Part shown: positions 23,691 through 35,043 of the stretch, piece after piece | How positions within the stretch are numbered: position 1 is the stretch's first letter | How the letters are laid out: each line of letters opens with the position of its first letter | Assembly (NCBI RefSeq): GCF_031769215.1 | Contig: NW_026782056.1 | Span: 62,001-126,000, forward strand | Origin: Ylistrum balloti | Lineage: Eukaryota | Length of the DNA stretch: 64,000 bases | Direction of reading: 5' to 3' | Notes under the pieces: generated by a model | What the model was told of the DNA's origin: nothing | Seen by the model: only the letters and a program-made list of their open reading frames with translations | Databases searched by the model: none | Program-made: the position numbers and the translations under genes

Positions 23691-24989
23691 GCAGTTCATT
23701 AAATCGAATCAGACCTCGTTGCTGTTGATGGAATGTGAGCTGAGGTCGTTGCAGCGCATTGCATAGAACAAGATTTCGTTATACCAACTTTACAACATTA
23801 TCACATTTATTAATGCATTTAATAAATAATTAGATTTCCGAAGTTCATGGACCTCATTTTATAACATTAAACAATGAATGATTTTTAAGTCATCTGACCT
23901 GTCACACTATATTACTCTTAGACTATGTTTGAATTAATCATTTCTAATCAAACTTCATTACTACAGCATTATATATTATCATTGCTTGTGTAAAATGCTG
24001 TGACATTTTCCGTTGCACTTGGATGGGAGAGTGAGAGTTAGAAGTCATATTAGCTATGCCCGGAATCTAGCTACAGAAACCACACAAAAAACATCTAAAA
24101 GCGGTTTCATTGCTGTCAGGATTGCTTCACTCATACGGCATTGTTTGAGATAATGGGAATTGTATTATATCTACATCTCATTGTCATTTTCGATCACGAT
24201 GGAAATTAGGTTTAGTTTCTATTCGAATCATTTTGATATAATTATATATGATATATATATATAGATAGATAAATGTTGCAAGTCGTACAAGCAATATATC
24301 TGCAATGTCAATCATACAGGGGAGATAACTATAATAATCAGACTAGACAAATAGACTACGTGACTAATATACATAGGATCAGCGAGGAAATCGCTTTAAG
24401 TGGGGAAGAAATACGACAAACGTATTTGACGTCAGTGTTACTGTATATTTTAGCCTGGTGCTTCCAAAATCCTTTTGTGTTGAATGTTGGTTTACTTCAT
24501 TACGTGTTATCACATTTTTTATGATTTTAATCTAATGTTCAAATTACAAAAATAACTCAATTCATAGTATCTAACAACAAAAGCTGTTTTACTTTACCTA
24601 ATACATGTAGGTACTTTCATAACGTATTTTAACTTTCATACATTTACTACCTCCTCATGTTGTACTGGAAGTAAGGGACTTCGATGGTTAAGGCTTTCTA
24701 ATCGTGGTGGTTCTCAAATAACAGAGAAACTGACCAGTCTGTCCTGATGTGACTGCTGTGTTTGGCAACACGATTGCTTTGAATGACATGCGATGGGACT
24801 TCTGAATGTTGTTCTTGGAGGTAGCCATGTACAGTTGATTATGAAAATTTTAAAGAGACTAAATGGTTAGTTTTACATTTCATAACTGACAAAACATTAT
24901 AATATATAAACACTCATTTAAGGTTGTACACATTCTGTTAATCATAATATTTAAAGATTTACATTTCAATAATGTGTAAACAATTTGTT

Positions 24990-25012
24990 TGCGCATGCGT
25001 GGCGCGAGAAAA
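24990..25012. promoter_or_regulatory. NRF1 site TGCGCATGCG fused to an E2F-like TGGCGCGAGAAAA in a CpG-enriched island
   Basis: Motifs read directly; 24990-25130 is CpG-rich relative to background. Confidence 0.4.
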
Positions 25013-25809
25013 TTAAAAAATATTAAATAACAAAGCGACGGGTTAACACGAGAATCCGACCGGTCACATGATGAGCTCGGCTATCTTCAATCAAAACAGC
25101 GAATGGCGATAGGCACAACAGCGAGTGTTAGTTTAAAGCTGATAATCTTTATCAAATTTTCTCAAAAAATACTATAATTTTGTGAAGCGTGGAAAAAGCA
25201 ACGAGATCTTATCATTAATCCCTTTAACTATTTCACGATAATTCACCACGTTAGGTATTACAACGTCAGCTGATAAACACGACCTCATATATTATCGCTC
25301 TCGTATTATCGACGAATGTATTCTTTTAGTGATCAGACATTGCGGAAGTCAGAAGCATAAATTCCACAAGTATGACCTCCAGTGTTGACTTATAACTTTG
25401 GTGTATTGTGCTGTGTGTTGACGTTGGTTGTCTACCCACAATAACGTCGGAATACATATTTTAGGTGATTAGGTTTGCTGGCAACATATTACGTTTGTAA
25501 AGTATTTACCAAACAAATAACTTTGCTTGTTACATCACTGATATAATACGTTCTATTCATGTACAGTGTTTGAATTATTACTAAGGGACGGATGTAAAGT
25601 ACAGATTTCTGTCTTAGAATATCGTGTAATCTGCCGAATAAACCTCTAAACCAAGAAATGTCTGTACGCATATTTGCTGCGAATGGAAACAGCAAACATT
25701 TCATCACCGAAACAAACGTGATATTCAGCAGAATCTTGCACACGATATACATGAGATTTTAAGGCTTCTGCTTTCCAAATACGTAGGAGCCCTTACTGTA
25801 CGTAACGGT

Positions 25810-26088
25810 ATGACAGGTACTCGTACAAACGTTTCCTGTCAGATCTGTACTTGGCGTGACAGGTACTCGCACAAACGTCTCCTGTCAGATCTGTACTTGG
25901 CGTGACAGGTACTCGTACAAACGTCTCCTGTCAGATCTGTACTTGGCGTGACAGGTACTCGTACAAACGTCTCCTGTCAGATCTGTACTTGGCGTGACAG
26001 GTACTCGTACAAACGTCTCCTGTCAGATCTGTACTTGGCGTGACAGGTACTCGTACAAACGTCTCCTGTCAGATTTGTACTTGGCGTG
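25810..26088. repeat. 46-bp tandem repeat, 6 near-identical copies
   Basis: Unit GTGACAGGTACTCGTACAAACGTCTCCTGTCAGATCTGTACTTGGC; period of 46; partial copies at about 26176 and 26230. Confidence 0.97.
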
Positions 26089-29000
26089 AAACGACGTGAA
26101 AAGTACATATATTCAAGTACAAATGCCTACTGTCATCTGTGTGTAATGGCTAAAGTCTTATTTGCACTTAATGACGTGACAGGTACTCCTATAAATATCT
26201 ACTATTAGACATATACCGAATGACACGACTGCAGGTACTCTTATGTCTGATGTCTAATTCTAAGGTAACGGCGTGGATTTCCTTCGTTTGCTCAATATCA
26301 AATCGGATAGAAATTTATTTTGAATCATCTATGTTATCTCGGTCATCCATTTACCAGACTAAATATTCCCATGCAGTTTGCAGTTCACAGATATATCAAG
26401 CACTACCCTCGCACTAATAGAGTGTGTGTAAACACATACAGATCATGGTCAAGTACTGTACTAGTACTTTGAAAACTAATGGTATTTATTTCAATATTGA
26501 CCATGTGGTTACATTGACTAGTGTGTCAATTCGCTTTGTTACTTTAATACTTTATACACGTGCACATATATCACATCATTTCAATCATTTCACTGGAAAA
26601 TACTTCATGACAAGAGTATAAACTACATGACATTTTAAAATATTTCCCGATCAATATTTTTGACTATTGTCCGGCAACCACTAAAACGACACATGACAGT
26701 GCTGCACAGCAGTGTCATATTTACAAGCAGTACTTGGCGGTTTGAACAGTTCAATGAGGCTTGCCAGGTAACAAAACCTATGTTCCATACCTAATTACTA
26801 ATTATTAAATCCGACTAATAATTTATGAGTATGAAGCATTGTTTTACACCGAACTACCTTTTTCTCTTGCACCAAACCTCTTATATCTGAAAATAGCCAA
26901 GGCTTCTGATATACGATATGTTTATACAGATGGCTGTGGTGCGAGATACAAGTCACAGAACTTATAAAATGTATATTCCTATACAGATATATATATACAG
27001 CCACTTCAGATCACCAGACAGTCCCGTGGCGTTGACACACTTAAATGCAATAATTTCGCATGTTTCTCTATTCACCTTAAATAAACGTTTGAAAACATTA
27101 TCCAGCGAAATGCAAAACCCTCTGATGGAACCCGTACCGCTAGTTAAACCTTTTCTCTGTCACAGACATATTGTCTATTGATTTCCATTGCCCGTACACA
27201 ACCAGTATGTTTCCGGTCCGTCCATGATACGTATTCAAATATCAATTATGTGAACAACAGTTTGGTTTGATGTTAGTGAGATTCATAACTTTCTCTAATT
27301 TAGTAATTTCGAATGCCAAAGCGTACGGATAATAAAAGACGAAAAAAATGAAGGATAATTTATCAATATCCCGGATTTTATTATACGGAAACCCCACCGG
27401 AGCACTTTGATGGGCGCATAAACTCCTAACATGCATCATTTTACCAACCAGCTGGACGGGAAAAAAATCAGAAGAAAACGAAAGACACACCACGAAATAT
27501 CCCATTTTCAATGAAAATTGTGATACATGTATCTACTTTAATCTATAACCATTAAAAATACCAGAACACAAAAATCCTTTTTTGAAATTGTCCCCTCGAC
27601 ATATCGAAAAATTGGTATTGGACGGGGTTTAGGCTAACATGATTCGTTCTTTGAAAGGCATCTTTTATAAATCCAGGTCGACTGAGTGCATGGGAATCTG
27701 TCTTGTAAATATTTGTTGAAAGATGTGATATCTTGATTTTCTAGATACTTCTGGTGTTTTTCCTTAAAGTTAATCCACTATTCTCTTTGCTAAATTATAC
27801 ATAACACTCGTAACATTACGCTATGACAATATTTGACAGTATTAGTTTTGCGATGTAAATGATATTTAGTATTTAGTGTTTCTACATATATATCCATTAT
27901 ATATAAACGTAGGTATTTGGACCTAATATGTAACTGTTACGGTTCCATAGTCAAAAGCTCACTATTTCGAGGATCATTACCTGATTCAATTAATGGATTT
28001 TTCTGGGTTGTAGGAAGCGGGGCGGGGGGGGGGGGTATTTGGGCTTGTTAAAGTTTCAACATCGAAACCATATCCGATATAGATTTTTTTAAACAAAGAC
28101 GCCACTGAGTGCTGTGTTCTTAATGTAGTAATCAGTGGAATGAAACATTTTGCTATTTCACGGACCAGATAATACCAACATTCAATATAGCGAGACTGTG
28201 GACTCTATCAACATATACATCAACTGCCGAGATATATCACAAGCAATGTGTAAAGGTAAGACGGCTTGTGCAGAACAATGAGGCGTTTATATGTCAGCTG
28301 TAAGGGTGTGTGTAGTATATACAAATTGTACATACGGATAAAACATCACCCCAATTCGTCACTGCCCATATGTTAGTTTGTCTACAACATGCTAATGATA
28401 AGGAGACACGCTGTATGTTTAATGTATACGAACATGTATACTTCCAGTCGCTACGTCAATGATTGGGACGATATATTTAACACGTAGGCCTTGGCCGCAG
28501 AAAACTTTCCCGATTCCCAATTATCCGGTATGGTTTGACAATGACTGATACTAGTACTTAAAACCCTGCCCCAGTCAGTGACTCAATCTTCTTATCTCCA
28601 GATTCAAGTTCAATTACTGTTCACTTTCCAGAACCAAAAAAGGATGCATGAATTCTGAGCAAGCTTTCCACATTTACCAGAACTATTAAATTTCGAATTG
28701 ATTTCGAATTCATCGTATGATTCCATCTTGTCTTAATCAATATTTAGATGTCAAAAAGTAATGATATATTATGACACCGCCTGTCGCTTATAAATGTGCT
28801 ATTTCAACCTTTCAGATTATTTTGTCGTTTCAGTACGCTCATACGTGGATACTGAACCATTAGGGTTTAAAGGTAAATTTCAGTAAGTTTTTATAGTTGA
28901 CTTCCATGAACCGATTCACGAGGAAAGTCGTTTGGCGTTTACAATTTACAAACGTTCCTTTAATTAAGGAAAATCCTTATTTTTTGCAGCAAAGAAAACA

Positions 29001-29764
29001 GACGAATAGACCTTGCTTCAATATTCTTTATTCGATCTGTTTTGTGTGATATTCATGATATCTATTATTCAAACATTAAATTTAAGGCCTCAACAAGTCA
29101 GGCTCTTTGCATTCTAAATGGGTATTAGAAGGACGAAACAGTTAAATGATGAAATTAACTTAATTGTTAAGCTACTTATGTGGTTCAAAATTTGCATTGA
29201 AAGGTACATTTTTACTATTATTATTATTATTTCAGGCGCAACATTACAACACCGGAAAATGATTTTTGTTTACTTATTGAAATGTACTATAATATTTCCA
29301 AATGTTTTAAAGTGCTTCCGGTCTCTGCTTCTAATTACACTTTTTGCTGTTTATTTCTCTCCGGTACCCCGCTGGTGTGTTAGGAGCGAAACGGAAACTG
29401 ATCATTTAATATTTGCCGGGAATGTCCTGTGATAACAATCTGTGCTCATTAACATTTCATTAACACAGTATAAATATCAAATGGCTGTCAACGGAATCCA
29501 AGTGTAAAATGTTCGGGGAAAAAAGAGTTTCGATATATATACATACTTGAAATTCCTTTACTAGAATCAAACGTATTCATCGTATGGCAGTAAGCATATA
29601 ATACGACTCTTAGAAAGCTAAGTATATTTCAGAAATCGCAAACTTTTGAAGCTTTACCACATACTACTTTTATTCAATTAATGTATACAGCTGGGTGTGT
29701 TTTGTGTAGGCGATTATCGTCTTACACGTTCAGGACAAACACCTCTTCTGTTAAGGAGCAGTCA

Positions 29765-29870
29765 AAGGCGTGTCTCCTTGTGCCTAACTTGAAGGCGTGT
29801 CTCCTTGTGCCTAACTTGAAGGCGTGTCTCCTTGTGCCTAACTTGAAGGCGAGTCTCCTTGTGCCTAACT
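29765..29870. repeat. 27-bp tandem repeat, 4 copies (AAGGCGTGTCTCCTTGTGCCTAACTTG)
   Basis: Read directly; gives the KACLLVPNL repeats in ORF 29681..29992. Confidence 0.95.
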
Positions 29871-31733
29871 CGTTATGTCGCTACAACATAACCTATACAT
29901 CATGTCTGACACTACCGCAAAATATGAAGATGATAAAACCACAAATAATTTGCCTTTCTCATCCAAATTATAATATTGAACTCGAAATTTAATCTTAATT
30001 TCACGGGGATTTATTGTCATTATCCTAGTAACACTGTAGACCACCATCTACAGAAGCCTACTCGGTTTCAACATTTCAGGTCGTTGTAACAGATACATGA
30101 TTCAATATTTTATATTTTTCTATACGGAATCAAACTCTTAATGTATTGAAAGATGTTATTCTCGTGAATATGTGCTTTTGTACAATCTTGATAAGAAATA
30201 TAGCAAACATCACTCCACGTGAGACATCATGGTAACAACCATGAGATATGGAAGGCTACATAGAAATAACATAGCGAATATATACATAACTGTTGTTTCA
30301 CAACCATTTTCAAAATACTTTAACCATATTTATGCAAAATTAATCAACTCAAACATAATTGCAAAAACTGTTAGAAGATGAAACATGTTTTATATTGATT
30401 CTATCAAATACTATTGTGCTTGTTTGTAATTTTGAAATGACATACACCTGTCTTTTACGATGGTGATATAAACACATCATATTGATGAGAAGTAATTTCG
30501 ACGTCGTATATGTCAATGTAAGTTATATGACATTGGTTCGACGTCAGTGTAATTAATATATTCCCAGTCATTTCTGTCAGAACGTAATTAATATCGGTTT
30601 CAATTATTGATTTGAGATCTCATATACGTAGTCATGTCTCGATCATTGTCACTTCAGCATCAATAAAGTCAACCAGACCTCAGCCTTTCCATCGGGTCTT
30701 TTATTATGCAAAATACATATCAATGTCAATAAAGATTCGATTCTGTCGACTTCGGCCAGATCACTGTGATTTTCGTCGTACATCTCATTTTATATACATC
30801 TGTGCTGGAATTTGTGCATTATATCCGGGACTAAATGTCACATCTTTTATTCTCTCTTCCTTGCCTTCGCTCTCCACCTCCGATTTCCTCTTTCATGCAA
30901 ATGGTCCACTAAGTAATCCCTGTCAGTTGGAATTACCGGTAGTGATACAGGATACTTTGTTTCCTGTAGGGATCGATAGTAACGCGATTGTTTGAACATG
31001 TCACTTTTTTTACACTGTAATATAATACATAATAAGCCCTAAATAGGAATGTGTCATCTGAACGTCTGAAAATGTGACATGTTCATTATTAGTGACTGAT
31101 ATTACAGAGGCAGGAACGAAGGAAACCAGTCTGCGGCATTTTCCCTCAACTCTCGGCAATAGTGGGCCCGCCTGGTCATCTAAATGACTCGTTTATGTGG
31201 GTTTGTTCGAGAGCGTTTCTTGCGGTTTATTCAAAATCGACGGCATGTTTTCATGCTACAAGTCCTTCTCTAGTGAATCTTGCCTTAGGTATTGGTGACG
31301 TCGGCGTTCTTCCACAACAGATATGGAGTATCAATTTTACGGACATCTGTGTCTAAGTCTCTGCTGGAGACTCCTTGACGGTTGTGACGACGCCCACAGT
31401 CCATTCATTCTGATACACTTAACATGTAAACAGGGATAATATTTTGGCGTTCCCGCTATTCAAGGATATCGTAAAATATAAACTATCATGAACCGATAAC
31501 CGATATATCCTAATCTTTATTGAATTATCTGTTAATAAAAACAACGTAAAACTAGAACAAAAACTAAAGAGAAGAAAATATGGAGACAGGGTTGTCTTAA
31601 TTTATTGAAGTAGACGGAAACATTAAAGAAACAAGTATCTATAACACACGTATCTTACGAAAAGATTCCAAAATATTAACAATCCAAACAAATACATTTC
31701 ACGAGTGTGACAAAAAGTTCTGTCATGATAGTA

Positions 31734-31893
31734 CGTGAAAATGTATATTGACACCTGCAAGATCACGTGGGTTTTCAGCGGGTATTCCGATATCCTCCTG
31801 CAGTAAGACTTCTAGCTTGCTTTAATTCGAGCCAGCAAAAGCTATTAATATGATCGATAGATTGTTCACGGATTTTGTAAAATAAATGAAGTT
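31734..31893 (+). mobile_element. 5'-truncated decayed SINE (same family as 4246-4443)
   Basis: CACGTGGGTTTTCAGCGGGTATTCCGATATCCTCCTGCAGTAAGAC resembles the conserved Meta-type core; tail TTGTAAAATAAATGAAGTT. Confidence 0.7.
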
Positions 31894-34264
31894 CCTAATA
31901 CATAAAGACTGTGCTGTAGAGAATTTCCTGATGTCTTCGGAATGGAAATTCTCCCGGATGCGGATCTGACAGCTTCGATAATGTTTACGTAAATCTAATA
32001 CTGAAATATCAAGTCTCGTGATGTTAACCGCTTATACGATAGGCATGTGATTTAACGTCAAACTCCCCGTGTCTAGCTGGTCACTGTCTCCGTAACTAGA
32101 TCGATACTATTACTTCGATAATTTGGATATCTTTTTTCATAAAAAGCCTCCCCGATAATTCACACTAAAATTACAACTCCAATTTACTGGTGATTTCCGT
32201 TTTATGTTAAACGATGTAATAATTTGTCTGCGTCCGACAAGATGTCGTGGACGGTTGTAACTAAAGGACATTCGTTTTGTGATACCCTCATTACCATGAC
32301 ATGTTGCTCCATAAGTCATGCCCCTATCATCAGAATAAGGACGCCATTGGTGGATTACTTGCGTTGGCTTCCTGAATGTCTAAATTCCAATAATATCCAT
32401 ATATCACTAAGTGTCATTTGACGCTACATAATTTAATACTTTGATGTTTCTCTTTTACTTGTTAATGTACATATACATTCAAATGTACACGGTATCATTT
32501 ATTCACTGTTTGATAGAGAGCAATGTAGAATTGTTATTTAACATGATATACTTGTCTGTTAGGGTCCTCTACACTGGTTAATTTGTGTCTGTATCCTTTG
32601 AAGTTATAGGACATTCATGAATGAAGTGTTCATTACAAACAACACTTATCTTCCTTATCTACCGGTTGATAGAAAAATTATGAAAGGTGTTCATTTATGT
32701 TATTTTGTATATTTGTGTGTTTAGTCGAGAAGCTACCAGCTAAAGTTACTAGAGCCGTGTCTAAGGAACAGTTACATGAACGAACATTCCTTCCCAGACT
32801 TTGGATATTTAAACGACTAAAATGTACTCCACATACTGATGTGAAACCACGCTCTCTTTCAATGTGTTTTGTAAATGATGTCAAGTTATGCGTTGTTTCA
32901 ATGCACGACGTATACGGAGTACATTGAAACAGCGTTATTTCACATCAGAATATTGAAACAACGCATGACTTGACATCAGTGTACAGAGTACATTGAAACA
33001 ACGCATGACTTGTCAGCGCATGACTTCAATATATTACAGTAATTTAACACATATTTTATGATTATTGGTTATATTGAAGCAACGTATAAGTTCAGTATAT
33101 TGGGTACATGGAAACAACTCATGACGTCAGAATAAGTCATGATTTCAACATACTTTGCATATTCATAAAAACATGACTTCGGTTAATTGTGTACATTGAG
33201 ATAATACTTAAGTATAGCGTTGTGTGTATTCTGCACTTTGAAACAACGCATAGCTTCAGTGTATTTCCTAAACACAACGTGTGACTTTCTAACCTATAGT
33301 AAATGAATGGAGAACGATTCAATCACCTCCATTAACAGTAAAGGACGCATATATTTCATTTTTCATTTACCGTTAAAGATGATTGATTTTATTGCAATGC
33401 TGAACAGGCATATGGTGCATTAACGTGTAGGTGTATATATTTAGAATTATTAATTTTTAAAAACAACATATCAGATGTTGAAAAATTGAGTAAGGATTAA
33501 ACATAACATAGTACCTCTTGGCACGTACCCAGGCCATACTTTCTGGTCAGCATAAAATATCTGGTCGTGGCTATGCACGAGCTTTAACCTTTTATTGATT
33601 ACCAGTCGACCTTTCTGTGTTTATATTATGGCTCCTTCCAGCGTGGTGATAGATATTCGCACGACTTCGCTCAGAGCGGATCTACCTGCACGTGTAGAGG
33701 ACTGTACGTCATATCCTTGTACCCATATTACATATCGATTTTATTATTCAGCCTACTTGTTTTCGTAGATTCCATCAACGTTTTAATTCTTTTGACATAT
33801 AAAAAAGGACGTTAGCAGCGAGATCACTTTCTTAAGTTGCAGACAGAATGTAAACACCACGTGTCAACAAATACACGAATATGACAAGTCTAGTTACGTT
33901 TAAGTTAATTTCGTAGTAAAGAGAAACAAAACCTGACACGAAGAAAACATATCTGATTTTAAAACACGTGTTTCTCATGATCACCCAGCAGGGAATTTAA
34001 AGGAGCGACACAGAAACGCGACAGAACTCCAATGGTAGTAGACGTGGCTAGAGACAGCAGTGTGGGAATACCAAACATAGAACAGAGAACGGGTGTTGTT
34101 ACAAGTTAGAAATTAAGAATCTGCAGAAGTGGAAAGTAAACAGTTTTAACTCTCAGGTAAGTTACAATAAGTTCTTAATATTATTATCCTTTAATTCGTT
34201 GAGTTTAACATTGTACTATATGTGAGAGAGGAGAATAATGTTCTTTATATCATATATATGTATA

Positions 34265-35043
34265 TCAGAAATTTAGGTTAGTGACAGAGGAAGATAGTGT
34301 ACATTATGTTAAACGTGTAAGATATTTAGGTAAGTGACAGGAGAATGGTGTGCTTTATGTTATATGTATAAGATATTTAGGTACGTGACAGAGGAGAATG
34401 GTGTGCTTTATGTTGTACAAGATAGTATACTTCATGTTAAACGTACTGTATAAGATATTTAGGTAAGTGACAGAGGAGAATGGTGTGCTTTATGTTGTAC
34501 AAGATAGTATACTTCATGTTAAACGTACTGTATAAGATATTTAGGTAAGTGACAGAGGAGAATGGTGTGCTTTATGGTGTACAAGATAGTATACTTCATG
34601 TTAAACGTACTGTATAAGATATCTAGGTAAGTGACAGAGGAGAATGGTGTGCTTTATGTTGTACAAGATAGTATACTTCATGTTAAACGTACTGTATAAG
34701 ATATTTAGGTAAGTGACAGAGGAGAATGGTGTGCTTTATGTTGTACAAGATAGTATACTTCATGTTAAACGTACTGTATAAGATATTTAGGTAAGTGACA
34801 GAGGAGAATGGTGTGCTTTATGTTGTACAAGATAGTATACTTCATGTTAAACGTACTGTATAAGATATTTAGGTAAGTGACAGAGGAGAATGGTGTGCTT
34901 TATGTTGTATGTATGAGATATTTAGGTAAGTGACAGAGGAGAATGGTGCGCTTTATGTTATATGTATAAGATATTTAGGTAAGTGACAGAGGAGAATGGT
35001 GTGCTTTATGTTTTACGTATGAGATATTTAGGTAAGTGACAGG
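34265..35043. repeat. Minisatellite of six 82-bp units flanked by ~52-bp units
   Basis: 82-bp period from 34370 to 34862; shorter units start at about 34267, 34319, 34862, 34915, 34968 and 35021. Confidence 0.96.

Noticed and set aside
23337-23699. 120-aa minus ORF
   Set aside because: Translation of the 29-bp minisatellite.
25810-26088. CRISPR-like palindromic repeat array
   Set aside because: No unique spacers, no cas genes, and a eukaryotic context; the same applies to the other arrays.
28019-28043. Poly-G tract with G-quadruplex potential
   Set aside because: An isolated homopolymer of uncertain length with no linked feature.
30600-31400. GC-elevated stretch with ORFs 30612..30995 and 31162..31356; the minus fragment IIKDPMERLRS resembles a sulfotransferase PAPS motif
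   Set aside because: All minus frames have many stops, one short motif is insufficient, and the plus ORFs look antisense-like. Needs blastx.
32137-32421. Cys-containing fragments suggestive of an EGF-like remnant
   Set aside because: No consistent frame or cysteine spacing.
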